DNA of 49,852 nucleotides from Candidatus Micrarchaeota archaeon (lineage in GTDB: Archaea > Micrarchaeota > Micrarchaeia > Anstonellales > Bilamarchaeaceae), in NCBI GenBank assembly GCA_013425425.1, contig JACCLJ010000053.1:1-49852 (forward strand). The letters run 5' to 3'. The translations under genes and the position numbers were made by a program. Shown in pieces: positions 1-9,456 of the stretch; the first letter of the stretch is position 1; each line of letters starts with the position of its first letter. The notes under the pieces are model-generated. The model did no database searches. It was not told the DNA's origin and saw nothing but the letters and a program-made list of their open reading frames with translations.

Positions 1-1
1 C

Positions 2-490
2 GAAAAGCTGATGAAGGAATTCAACCGCAAGGGGCTTGAAACGGTGTGCCTCCGCTATTTCAATGCATATGGGCCCCGCCAGGACCCGAATTCCCAATAC
101 AGCGGAGTGATAACGCGGTTCATCGGAAAAATGCTGAACGGCGAAAGCCCGCTCATATTCGGTGACGGGAACCAGACGAGGGACTTCGTTTTCGTTAACG
201 ACGTCGTAGAGGCAAATATTCTTGCCGCGGAGAAAAAAGGCGCTGCGGGCGAAGCATTCAACATCGCGACAGGCGTTCCGCTCACGATAAACCAGCTGGA
301 AGGAATACTCTCAGAGCTTACGAGCCATGACATCGACCCTGTTTATGCAGAGAAACGCGATGGCGACATCTACGATTCCTATGCGGACGTCTCGAAAGCG
401 AAGCGCCTGCTCGGCTTCGAGGCGGCCATGCCAATCGCAGAGGGGCTCGGGAAGACGGTCGAGTGGCAGCGAGGCCTTCAGGGCAAATAA
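2..490 (+). CDS. NAD-dependent sugar epimerase/dehydratase (extended SDR), C-terminal part; gene starts before the window
   Basis: LRYFNAYGPRQDP, IFGDGNQTRDFVFVNDVV, FNIATG, RDGDI motifs; frame open to window edge. Confidence 0.9.
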   Translation, partial: EKLMKEFNRKGLETVCLRYFNAYGPRQDPNSQYSGVITRFIGKMLNGESPLIFGDGNQTRDFVFVNDVVEANILAAEKKGAAGEAFNIATGVPLTINQLEGILSELTSHDIDPVYAEKRDGDIYDSYADVSKAKRLLGFEAAMPIAEGLGKTVEWQRGLQGK

Positions 491-518
491 TTTAAACCTC
501 ATTTTGCTTATCTGGAAT

Positions 519-1607
519 ATGGAACACACGATAGCGACAATAGGAAGCCATTCCGCGCTCGATGTCTGCGAGGGTGCGAAGGCTGAAGGGTTCAAAACGC
601 TTGTTGCATGCCAGAAGGGAAGGGATTCCACTTATTCCTCTTATTACAAAACGAGAAAGCGCGGCGAGCAGGAAATAGGCGTCGTTGACGAAGTGCTCAT
701 GCTTGACAAATTCAGCGAGATGGCGAATGAAAAAAACCAAAAGTTAATGCTTGACAGGAAATGCGTATTCGTGCCGAACCGCTCCTTCGCGGTTTATGTC
801 GGCTATGACGCGATAGAAAAGAAATTCTCCGTGCCCGTCTTCGGCAACAAACGCCTTCTGAGGGCCGAGGAGAGGAACGTGGAAAAGGACCAGTATTACC
901 TGATGAAAAAGGCGGGCATACGGTTTCCGAAGCTGATAAAATCGCCGGACAGGATAGATACGCTCTGCATAGTGAAAGTGAGCGAGGCGAAAAGGAGCTA
1001 CGAGCGCGCGTTCTTCCTTGCAAGAAGCTCCGAGGAATATGTGGAAAAGAGCGAGGCGCTCCTCAGGGAAGGGAAAATAACGAAAGAGGGCCTGAGGAAT
1101 GCCAAGATAGAGGAATACGTCATCGGCGCGTACTTCAACTTCAATTTCTTCTACTCGCCGCTGCATGACGAAGTCGAGCTTCTCGGGATAGACACAAGAA
1201 GGCAGACGAATCTTGATGGATTTCTCCGCCTTCCGGCAGACAAGCAGCTCGAACTCCTGAGGCACACCCAGCCGAGCACCATAGAAACAGGACATATAGC
1301 CTGCACAATCCGCGAATCGCTCCTCCAGCAGGCGCTTGAGGCAGGAGATGCGCTCGCAGAGGCCGCGAAAAAAGAGTACGCGCCCGGCTTGATCGGTCCG
1401 TTCGCCTTGCAGGGCGCGATTGAAGAGCGCGATGGCGAGCATTTCGTATGCTTCGATGTTTCGCTTAGAATTCCCGGCTCACCGGGTACGCGCTTCACGC
1501 CGTATTCCGAATATCTCTTCAGGAAAAGCGTAAGCTTCGGCAGGCGCATTGCGATTGAAATAAAGGAAGCCGAGAAGAAGAACAGGATGGACGATGTCAC
1601 CACCTGA
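519..1607 (+). CDS. purP: PurP-family ATP-grasp protein (FAICAR synthetase, DUF1246/DUF1297)
   Basis: Starts MEHTIATIGSHSALDVCEGAKAEGFKT; FVPNRSF, RGFF-like RAFF, IGPFALQ, DVSLRIPGSPG; TTTAAA at 491-496 supports ATG 519 rather than 327. Confidence 0.88.
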   Translation: MEHTIATIGSHSALDVCEGAKAEGFKTLVACQKGRDSTYSSYYKTRKRGEQEIGVVDEVLMLDKFSEMANEKNQKLMLDRKCVFVPNRSFAVYVGYDAIEKKFSVPVFGNKRLLRAEERNVEKDQYYLMKKAGIRFPKLIKSPDRIDTLCIVKVSEAKRSYERAFFLARSSEEYVEKSEALLREGKITKEGLRNAKIEEYVIGAYFNFNFFYSPLHDEVELLGIDTRRQTNLDGFLRLPADKQLELLRHTQPSTIETGHIACTIRESLLQQALEAGDALAEAAKKEYAPGLIGPFALQGAIEERDGEHFVCFDVSLRIPGSPGTRFTPYSEYLFRKSVSFGRRIAIEIKEAEKKNRMDDVTT

Positions 1608-2148
1608 AGCGCTGAGCGGCCCATGTGCGGAATGCAACGCGAGATGCTGCAGGAATTATACAATCACCATCACTGCGCGCGACCTTCTCCGCCTTATTGA
1701 TTATACGGAGAGCTTCGGCTGGATCGGAACGGCTTCAGCAAAGGGATTCGACCCCGCCCTCGCGCATTCGTTTACTCTTTTTGAAAATAATAAGCCCGGA
1801 AAATTCGTCCTCTGCCTGAAAAGGGACAGGAAGGAAACATGCGTTTTTCTTGGCAAGGGCAACCGATGCGCTGTTTATGCAGCGAGGCCGATGGTCTGCC
1901 GCACCTATCCCTTCAGAAAAGACGAAGGCAGCAGACTCGTTTACAAGAAGAATTACCGCTGCCCCGTTCAATGGAAAATCACCAGCACGCTCCGCAGGGA
2001 ATTCCTGAAAAACCTGGAACGGCAGAAGAAGGAGCTTGCGGAATACGGAAGATGGTGCGGGGAGTGGAATGCATCCGTAACCGAAGGCAGGGACCTCGCA
2101 TCCTTCATCGATTTCATGATTTCAAAAGCGAAAGCGGGAAGTTCCTGA
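1594..2148 (+). CDS. YkgJ-family cysteine-cluster (Zn/Fe-chelating) protein
   Basis: CAECNARCC ... CVFL...CAVYAARPMVCRTYPF signature. Confidence 0.85.
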   Translation: MSPPEALSGPCAECNARCCRNYTITITARDLLRLIDYTESFGWIGTASAKGFDPALAHSFTLFENNKPGKFVLCLKRDRKETCVFLGKGNRCAVYAARPMVCRTYPFRKDEGSRLVYKKNYRCPVQWKITSTLRREFLKNLERQKKELAEYGRWCGEWNASVTEGRDLASFIDFMISKAKAGSS

Positions 2149-2785
2149 AATCCTTTATCACGGCAAGCGCCTCATTTCTGTCTATGTATTCTACCGCAGG
2201 CGAGCGGGCAAGCACCACCTTCATGCCCGCGCTTTTTGCAGCCTTGAAGCCGGAAACGGAATCCTCAAAAGCAAGGCATTCGGCAGGCTTTACGCCGAGC
2301 CGTTTGGCTGCTTCAAGGAAAGCATCCGGATAGGGTTTGCGTTTTTCATAATCCCCGCTGCCGATTATACTGTCGAAATATTTCCCGAGCCCGAGCACGG
2401 AAAGCGCGAGAATTATATTCTCCCTGTGGCCCCCTGAAACCACCGCGGTTTTGATTCCATTCCCCCTGAGCATTTTGAGGAATTCCCCCACGCCGGCCTT
2501 CGCTTTCACCTCTCCCTTCTCAACAAGTCCGCCGTAAGCCTTCTTCCTTTTTTCCACGTACTCTTCTATCTTTTTCGCATCCGTTATGCCAGCCTCGCCG
2601 AGCAGCACGGTGAAGATGTTCCTCGAGCCCGTGCCTGCGAATTCCCGGTACCATCTCTTTTCATCAACGCTTATGCCAAGCGGCTTGAGGAACTGCATGA
2701 ACGTCCTGTGGTGCACAGGCTCGGAATCCACAACCACACCGTCGAAATCGAACAGCACCGCCTTTATCATAAGGAACCCAGCCAT
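2114..2785 (-). CDS. HAD-superfamily phosphatase (beta-PGM/CbbY-like)
   Basis: FDFDGVVVDS motif I, VSGG motif II, KPYPD and FEDSVSG motifs III/IV; start may be ATG 2770. Confidence 0.9.
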   Translation of the reverse strand: MAGFLMIKAVLFDFDGVVVDSEPVHHRTFMQFLKPLGISVDEKRWYREFAGTGSRNIFTVLLGEAGITDAKKIEEYVEKRKKAYGGLVEKGEVKAKAGVGEFLKMLRGNGIKTAVVSGGHRENIILALSVLGLGKYFDSIIGSGDYEKRKPYPDAFLEAAKRLGVKPAECLAFEDSVSGFKAAKSAGMKVVLARSPAVEYIDRNEALAVIKDFRNFPLSLLKS

Positions 2786-2843
2786 ATTCTAACCTTAAAT
2801 AAGTATTTTAAAGATGGCTATGCAAATATTAGACGTGGTTAAA

Positions 2844-3551
2844 ATGAGAAACATTATCCTTGTTTTTGGGGTTCTTATGCTGTTTTTCGGTTGCATCGGC
2901 GGCGAGCAGCCGCAGGCGCCGCAGGAAAACATAACGCCTCCGCCTGCTCCGCCGGCGGTTCCGTCTTTCGTCATAGTAAGCCCGGATGAAGGCGCGGTGC
3001 TCTCAACCGGAGCGGCTTACGGTTCCGTGGATATCCTTCTCAGCACTTCCAATCTCATCATCAAGCCGGAGGGAAGCATGCCGAACAACGTCGGAGAAGG
3101 GCATTTCGCGGTTTCCATAGACGGCGGCGCGCCAGTCCACATATTCAGCAAAGCATATACCCTGGAGGGCGTCGAGCCGGGGTCGCATACGCTCAGGATA
3201 GAGCTGGTCCATAACGACCATTCCTCATATTCGCCATCCATAGCCAAGACGGTAAACTTCTACATGGAAAAAACCGTGACGGAATACGTCCCGCAGGACT
3301 ATACGGTAACGATACGCGATTTCTCCTACGACCCGGAAACGATAACGGTTAATGCCGGGGACAGGATTACGTGGGTGAATGGGGGAGCATATCCTAGGTC
3401 GGCAACCTACACGGGAGTATTCGATACTGAAATTATCGGGCCAGGCGTAAGCGCAACCGTCACGATGGACGTTCCACCCGGAACTTACGAATATTACGCG
3501 CTCACGCACATGGCGATGAAAGGAACGGTAATTGTTGAAAGGCCCGGCTAG
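2844..3551 (+). CDS. Lipoprotein with His-containing beta-sandwich domain and C-terminal cupredoxin-like domain lacking two Cu ligands
   Basis: Signal ending LFFGC, Pro-rich linker, GEGHF/HTLRIELVHNDH domain, plastocyanin-like C-terminus (FSYDPETITVNAGDRITWVN ... GTYEYYALTHMAMKGTVIV). Confidence 0.75.
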   Translation: MRNIILVFGVLMLFFGCIGGEQPQAPQENITPPPAPPAVPSFVIVSPDEGAVLSTGAAYGSVDILLSTSNLIIKPEGSMPNNVGEGHFAVSIDGGAPVHIFSKAYTLEGVEPGSHTLRIELVHNDHSSYSPSIAKTVNFYMEKTVTEYVPQDYTVTIRDFSYDPETITVNAGDRITWVNGGAYPRSATYTGVFDTEIIGPGVSATVTMDVPPGTYEYYALTHMAMKGTVIVERPG

Positions 3552-3609
3552 CGGCATTTTTCCTTTGATTTTTTATTCGTTTTCTGCCAATCTATCAGTG
3601 GGTTTTCAG

Positions 3610-4614
3610 ATGGGTGAAGGGGAAGGAGCAATTGCCATTGACGGAGAGACAATCCGCCGCTACGAGAACGCACATTATGGAATCGCAGGCAGGCATTCCG
3701 CGGTCCAGATATGCGGCTGGACTAGAAAATCGCTCCGCGGGCAGGGAGTATGCTACAAGCAGAAATTCTACGGCATCGACTGCCACCGCTGCGCCCAGAT
3801 GAGCCCGGCATTCGCGTTCTGCCAGGAATGCTGCGTTCACTGCTGGCGGCCTGCGGAATGGATGAAGAAGATAAAGATGGGCGAAAGGGAAACCGACCCG
3901 CCGCAGCTCATCATAGATAAAATCGTGGAAAAAAGAAAACTGCTCGTGTGCGGAATAGGCGGGGCCGGTGACGCGGACAGAAAGCGGTTTGACGAGAGCT
4001 TCAAAAAATTCCCATCCCACTGGGCGATCTCGCTTTCGGGCGAGCCCACCATTTATCCGAAGCTTGGCGAATTGATAAAACTTCTTAGGAAAAACAAGGA
4101 AGTGCGGAGCATCTTCCTCGTCACGAACGGCCAGGAGCCGCAGGCGCTTGCAGCGCTTAAGAGGCGGAAGGCGCTTCCCACGCAGCTTTACGTTTCAATC
4201 AGCGCACCGTGCGAAGAACTTTTCAAAAAACTCAACCGCTCCGTTTACCGGGACGGATGGAAGCGCCTGCAGAAAACGCTGGCGATGCTCAAGACGCTAG
4301 GCTGCAGGACTGTCGTGCGGCTTACGCTCATACGCGGCGTGAACGATTTCGATGCGCACCTGCGCGAATATGCAACGATGCTCGAAACATCAGGGCCGGA
4401 TTTCATCGAGGTGAAGTCATACATGCATCTCGGGCTTTCAAGGGAGCGGCTGGAGAGGGACAACATGGCACCGCACGATTATGTCAAGGCATGGACGAGA
4501 AAACTCGTCGCAGTGATACCCTCTTACCGCACGGAAGACGAAGATTGGGCCTCGAGGATAGTCCTGCTAAAGCGGAAGGGCTCGAAATTCGGCAATATGA
4601 TAAAAAATCCATGA
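3610..4614 (+). CDS. taw1: Radical SAM 4-demethylwyosine synthase Taw1/Tyw1
   Basis: HSAVQICGWT, CYKQKFYGIDCHRCAQMSP, CQECCVHCWR (CxxxCxxC), AISLSGEPTIYP, FIEVKSYMHLGLSR. Confidence 0.92.
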   Translation: MGEGEGAIAIDGETIRRYENAHYGIAGRHSAVQICGWTRKSLRGQGVCYKQKFYGIDCHRCAQMSPAFAFCQECCVHCWRPAEWMKKIKMGERETDPPQLIIDKIVEKRKLLVCGIGGAGDADRKRFDESFKKFPSHWAISLSGEPTIYPKLGELIKLLRKNKEVRSIFLVTNGQEPQALAALKRRKALPTQLYVSISAPCEELFKKLNRSVYRDGWKRLQKTLAMLKTLGCRTVVRLTLIRGVNDFDAHLREYATMLETSGPDFIEVKSYMHLGLSRERLERDNMAPHDYVKAWTRKLVAVIPSYRTEDEDWASRIVLLKRKGSKFGNMIKNP

Positions 4615-4635
4615 CGAAATGGCGGGGAACATAAG

Positions 4636-6000
4636 ATGCTGGGATGGAAGATACTCAAGGAGGGCGATTACCGGGTCAGTCTCCCGAGGCTCAGCGATGC
4701 CGAAGAGCAGATGATAGAGAGGGCGGAGGAGCGCTTCAGGGAGGCCGCGCGCGTCCGCGAGCTTGGCAGCGAAAAGGAAAGCGAGGCGCTCGTAAGGAAC
4801 CTGCTCATTTCAGCAGCGGAAGAGGACGGCATAGCGCTCGACAGGGAACAGCTCGATTACCTCTCACGCGCCGCCTTCCTGCACATATACGCATTCGCAT
4901 TCATGGACCTTCTTGTAGCCGACCCGGATATCGAGGAGATAAGCGTCATAGGGACAAACAAGCCGGTTTACGTTTACGTGAAAAACCAGGGGTGGAAGAG
5001 CGTCAACGCATGCTTCACGAGCGAGAAGGCGATAGCGGACGTAGCCAACAAGATGGCGCGTGGCCTCGGAAGGCACATAACCATGCAGAACCCGAGGCTC
5101 GACGCGATGCTGCCGGACGGCTCGAGGCTGCACGCTTCCCTCCCGCCCATCTCGCAGGGCGAGATAACCATACGGAAATTCAGGCAGAGGCCATTCTCCC
5201 CAAGGGAGCTTTTCGAGCTGAAGTCCACTACTGCCGAGGCCCTCGCTTTTCTCTCGCTGGTCATGCAAGGCGACAACTCCGTTCTTATCGGCGGGAATAC
5301 CGGCTCCGGAAAAACAACGCTCCTGAACGCATTGTTCTCGTTCGTTCCGGCAAACGAGAGGATACTGATTGCAGAGGAAACTCCCGAGATAAACGTTCCG
5401 CACAGCCACCAGCTGAGGCTCGTTGCGAACCGCGACATGGAGATCGGCCTCAAGGACCTGATGTATGATACGCTCAGGATGAGGCCCGACCGCATGATTG
5501 TCGGGGAAGTGAGGACCAAGCCGGAATTCGAGGCGCTTTTCGACGTCCTTCTTGCGGGGCAGGCAAGGGGCTGCTACGCGACGTTGCATTCGCAGGGCGC
5601 GGCCGAGGCATGCCAGCGCATAAGGAGCTTCGGCATAAACGAGAGGGACATGGAAAGCGCGGACTGCATCGTCATACAGAGGCGCATGCTTCTTTACGAT
5701 CCGAAGAAAAGGAAGAATGTTGAAGTAAGAAGGATGACCGAGATAGCGGAGATGGACAACGGGCCGAAGCAGCTGTTTTTCCTTGACAGGAAGACGGGGA
5801 GCCTGAGGTTCAAAACCGGAGGGAAGCTCCTCGGCAGGATTGCGGACGGCTTCGGCATGAGCGCGAGGGAGATAAAAGCCGAAATGGAGATGAGAAAGAA
5901 GCTGATTACCGGCCTCGAGCGCGAATTCCAAGGGTTTTACGCCGGCCTGCAGAAGAAGCTTTACGGAATCGTGGAAGTGCAGGGTGACGGAAAGCAATGA
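4636..6000 (+). CDS. Type IV pilus/Tad secretion ATPase (CpaF/TadA/VirB11-like)
   Basis: Walker A GNTGSGKTT, LRMRPDRMIVGEVR, TLHS His box, LPDGSRL. Confidence 0.92.
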   Translation: MLGWKILKEGDYRVSLPRLSDAEEQMIERAEERFREAARVRELGSEKESEALVRNLLISAAEEDGIALDREQLDYLSRAAFLHIYAFAFMDLLVADPDIEEISVIGTNKPVYVYVKNQGWKSVNACFTSEKAIADVANKMARGLGRHITMQNPRLDAMLPDGSRLHASLPPISQGEITIRKFRQRPFSPRELFELKSTTAEALAFLSLVMQGDNSVLIGGNTGSGKTTLLNALFSFVPANERILIAEETPEINVPHSHQLRLVANRDMEIGLKDLMYDTLRMRPDRMIVGEVRTKPEFEALFDVLLAGQARGCYATLHSQGAAEACQRIRSFGINERDMESADCIVIQRRMLLYDPKKRKNVEVRRMTEIAEMDNGPKQLFFLDRKTGSLRFKTGGKLLGRIADGFGMSAREIKAEMEMRKKLITGLEREFQGFYAGLQKKLYGIVEVQGDGKQ

Positions 6001-7592
6001 GCCTTCTCGATTTTATCGCGGGCAACGCGCATGCTTTCCCGGAAGTCGGGGTGGGAAGCAGGATGCTCAAGCCCCTTACCATACTTTATCCGGACGCGGA
6101 CGAACACCGCTATGCCGGCGCGGCGGTTTTCATCTCGCTTTTCCTGTCGGTGTTCGCCTTCATCGTTTCGCTTTTCCTCTTCCAGGAAGTTGCGCTGGCG
6201 GTTTTTCCCGTTTCCTTTCTCGCTTTTTTCATCTTCCTGCTCGCCCTTCCCTCATTCGAGCTTAACAGGCGCTCGAAAGTGATGGAGGCGGAGATGCCAT
6301 TTGCGCTCAGGACGATGGGCATGTTCATAAACATGAAGATACCCTTCATGAAATCCCTTACCCTCGTCTCCGAAGAAGAAGGCGAAACGGCAAGGGAATT
6401 GAGAGGGGTCGTGAGGGACGTCAACAGCGGCGTGACCGTTGAAAAGGCGTTCTCCCGCTTAGCCGTATCGTTCAACTCCCTTCCCATAAAGCGCTCCATC
6501 TCCCAGATTCTTTCCGCATACGAAGTCGGAGGGTCCGGGACCGAGATAAAAAGGATAGGCGACGAATTGCTTTCAGTCCAGCAGCACCAGCTCAGGGAGC
6601 ATGCATCGAAAAGCGCGATATTCGGGATGCTCTTCATAATGACGTCCGCAATACTCCCCACGTTCTTTCTCGTTTACGTTATCCTCGGCAAATTCGGGGT
6701 AGGCGGCGCGGTTCCGGAAGCCGGAATAGCAGTCGCGCTCCTGCTTGTTTTTCCGGCCATAAGCGTTCTCCTCCTTCTGCTCAGCAAATCGTCCGTTCCG
6801 TACTCTCCGCTCGCGTCGCGCGGAAGCGCGATGGATATGATGGTGCTCCTGCCGGCGCTGCTGTTCGTCTTCTCATTCCTCTTTCTCGATGGAAGTGCCC
6901 GCCTGATCGCAATCGCAATAGGCACCGCCGTGATGCTCTGGGCGGTTTACAATTCCTACATGAGGGAAAAGAGGACCGAGGAGATAGAGCAGTATCTTCC
7001 GGATGCGCTTTTCACGGTATCCGCGCTTCCGAAATCCACAAGGATAGAAAAGATTTTCGAGGGCATAGAGAAAGGCGGCTACGGCGCCCTTTCCGAAGAG
7101 GCCGCAAAATCGAAAAGGCAGCTTGCGATGAATATTGGGACGGACGCCGTCCTTGAGGACCTGTGGAAACGCAACGAGTCGCCAGCGCTGCGGAAGGCAT
7201 GCACGATGCTGAAGCACGTTTTCGACGCCAACGCCTTCGGCCAGCTCCACAGCATAGCAGAGGACCTGCTCAAGAATTTCGAGATAAAAAGGGAGCGGGC
7301 GAACCTCCTGTCGATGCAGAAGTACACTATACTGTTCGGCGGTCTTCTCATACCGATGATACTGAAGATAGCATTATCGCTCATCGGCAGCCTGGTGGAA
7401 TTCTTCAGCGACCCGTCTGCGCCCCAGCTGATTGCGTATACCCTGTCGCTCATCCCGGCCTATCTCATAATATACTCGCTGGTATCTTCATTCTACATCG
7501 CAGACATCGAAGGAAAGAAATCGCGCGCGGCGGTATACTTCCTCCTGCTGGCGGCGGTTAGCCTATTAACCTTTACTTTCGTAAATTTCTAG
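5997..7592 (+). CDS. Type II secretion F / TadBC-like platform membrane protein with two repeats
   Basis: Two GspF-like units (EAEMPFALRTMG; EQYLPDALFTVS) each followed by TM helices; ATGA overlap with ATPase. Confidence 0.8.
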   Translation: MSLLDFIAGNAHAFPEVGVGSRMLKPLTILYPDADEHRYAGAAVFISLFLSVFAFIVSLFLFQEVALAVFPVSFLAFFIFLLALPSFELNRRSKVMEAEMPFALRTMGMFINMKIPFMKSLTLVSEEEGETARELRGVVRDVNSGVTVEKAFSRLAVSFNSLPIKRSISQILSAYEVGGSGTEIKRIGDELLSVQQHQLREHASKSAIFGMLFIMTSAILPTFFLVYVILGKFGVGGAVPEAGIAVALLLVFPAISVLLLLLSKSSVPYSPLASRGSAMDMMVLLPALLFVFSFLFLDGSARLIAIAIGTAVMLWAVYNSYMREKRTEEIEQYLPDALFTVSALPKSTRIEKIFEGIEKGGYGALSEEAAKSKRQLAMNIGTDAVLEDLWKRNESPALRKACTMLKHVFDANAFGQLHSIAEDLLKNFEIKRERANLLSMQKYTILFGGLLIPMILKIALSLIGSLVEFFSDPSAPQLIAYTLSLIPAYLIIYSLVSSFYIADIEGKKSRAAVYFLLLAAVSLLTFTFVNF

Positions 7593-7601
7593 GCTGGTTT
7601 G

Positions 7602-8072
7602 ATGGACGCGCTATCCTCTTTCGCATTCAACATCAACAATGAACTGCTTACTTCAGCCAGCCGCATCCTCGATAATTACGTGGTTTTCGCGCTGATCGTG
7701 ATAACGCTGGTCCTGGTTGCGGAAAAAAGGAACCCGAAGCGCGTGAAGATTTTCAGCGCCCTTTTGCTGGCAACGGTTTTCGCCGTCATCATAAAATCAG
7801 CCATCGGAATGGAGCGGCCGTGCACCTCCATGGGGCTCGATGGATGCCCGTCCGATTATTCCTTCCCGAGCGTCCATGCGGCCGTCGCGTTCACGCTCAT
7901 GGTCTCGTTCCTCGACAAGAAAAGCTACTGGTTTTTCACGCTCTTCGCGCTCTTCGTGTCTTTCACGCGCCTCGTGCTTGCGGCGCACAGCTTCATAGAC
8001 ATAGCCGGCGCCCTGCCGGTCGCGCTCATCACCTATTATATGGTGGATGTCCTCTGGAGGAGGTTTTTCTGA
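7602..8072 (+). CDS. PAP2-family membrane lipid phosphatase
   Basis: KxxxxxxRP (KSAIGMERP), SFPSVH, TRLVLAAHSFID motifs; hydrophobic. Confidence 0.85.
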   Translation: MDALSSFAFNINNELLTSASRILDNYVVFALIVITLVLVAEKRNPKRVKIFSALLLATVFAVIIKSAIGMERPCTSMGLDGCPSDYSFPSVHAAVAFTLMVSFLDKKSYWFFTLFALFVSFTRLVLAAHSFIDIAGALPVALITYYMVDVLWRRFF

Positions 8073-8638
8073 TGGAAAACCGGGAGTTCAGGCGCCAGAC
8101 AATCCACCTTCTTCTCGGCCTGCTCGCAGTCGCGGTCCTGCTGCTTTACGGGAGAGGATTCCTCATCGCGTTCACATTCTTCACGGTAATCATCGGCCTT
8201 TTCCTTGTCAACCTCTCGCTGCGCGGCAAAAAAATCTCCCTTGTGGAATGGTTCATACGGAATTTCGAAAGGGATGAGGTGCTGTTCCCCGGATGGGGCT
8301 CCGCCTGCTATGCGACCGGCGTCCTTCTCATCGCAACGTTCCTTAGCGACGTAAACGCAATCGCCGCATCGCTGGTGATAATCGGCGTGGGCGACAGCGT
8401 TTCAACGCTTGTTGGCATGCGCGGCAGGATCCGTTTTCCCTACAACCGGAAAAAAACGCTCGAGGGCAGCATCGCATTCTTCCTTTCGTCGCTTCCCGCA
8501 TATCTCTTTGTCGGAGCCGCCATAATCCCTGCTGCTCTCATCGCTGCATTCGTGGAAAGCCTGGACCTCGGGATGGATGACAACATAACCGTGCCGGTTG
8601 CGGCAGTATTGTTTTTCCTTATTATGGGGGCGGGCTGA
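8072..8638 (+). CDS. Dolichol/phytol kinase family (SEC59/DGK1/VTE5) membrane protein
   Basis: REFRRQTIHL, GVGDSVSTLVG, KKTLEGS, DDNITVP; ATG overlaps PAP2 stop (TGATG). Confidence 0.85.
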   Translation: MENREFRRQTIHLLLGLLAVAVLLLYGRGFLIAFTFFTVIIGLFLVNLSLRGKKISLVEWFIRNFERDEVLFPGWGSACYATGVLLIATFLSDVNAIAASLVIIGVGDSVSTLVGMRGRIRFPYNRKKTLEGSIAFFLSSLPAYLFVGAAIIPAALIAAFVESLDLGMDDNITVPVAAVLFFLIMGAG

Positions 8639-9456
8639 TGCCGGTACTGCTGTTCACCTCCAACAACATCGCGAGCAGGAACATCGCAAAAATGCTGATT
8701 GAGAAGCATGGCTTCATTGCGAAAGGCGAAAACAGGTGGGAGAAAAACGGTGTTGCGCTCATCAACACGCACGCACCCTCCGTTCTTGAGGTGCCGACCG
8801 GTTTCGATACGGACTATCTTCTCGTGCTCAGCTCGCACAAGAGCAAAAGCGGGGAGAAGATGCTCACTGCGCATTTTCCGGGCAACTGGAACGAAGCGAA
8901 ATACGGCGGCGATGCGAAAACCCTGAACGTCGCATGCGGCAGCAGGCTGAAAATCCTCGTCCAGGAGCTCGCTAGGGCAAACAAGACAGCATGGCCGGTC
9001 GTCATGGAGGCAGACCATCACGGCCCGACCTGCAGCGTTCCGATTATTTTCGTTGAGATAGGAAGCACGGAAGAGGAATGGAGCGATCCTGCCGCGGCGG
9101 AATCCGTGGCGGTTGCAGTGGCGGCCAGCCTGATGCGGAATGAAAAATACGAATCGGTGCTCGGCATCGGGGGAGGCCATTATGCGAAGGAATTCACGAA
9201 ACTAATCCTCGAGACCGATTGCGCAGTTGGCCACATTGCGCCCAAATACACGCTCGATGCACTCGATGAAGCCGTGTTCAGGCAGGCGATTGAGAAAAAT
9301 GTCGAGCCTGTGAAGAAGGTCTTCGTCCTTAAGGAGAGCACGAACCGGGCGCACAAAAGAAAGATAGAAGAATTCTGCAGGATGCTCGGCCTGGAATACG
9401 CTGAAATGCAGGATAATCCGAATGCAGGCAAATCTAATACTCGGGGAATTTCGTAA
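8638..9456 (+). CDS. dtdA: Archaeal D-aminoacyl-tRNA deacylase (DTD2/GEK1 family)
   Basis: SSHKS, LTAHFPGN, EADHHGPT, FVEIGSTEEEW, GIGGGHYA, GHIAPKY. Confidence 0.9.
   Translation: MPVLLFTSNNIASRNIAKMLIEKHGFIAKGENRWEKNGVALINTHAPSVLEVPTGFDTDYLLVLSSHKSKSGEKMLTAHFPGNWNEAKYGGDAKTLNVACGSRLKILVQELARANKTAWPVVMEADHHGPTCSVPIIFVEIGSTEEEWSDPAAAESVAVAVAASLMRNEKYESVLGIGGGHYAKEFTKLILETDCAVGHIAPKYTLDALDEAVFRQAIEKNVEPVKKVFVLKESTNRAHKRKIEEFCRMLGLEYAEMQDNPNAGKSNTRGIS

Noticed and set aside
327..518. N-terminal extensions in the ORF track (purP 327, taw1 3532, kinase 7820, lipoprotein 20293, 24473)
   Set aside because: They overlap upstream genes or promoters; RBS/TATA position and family N-termini support downstream starts
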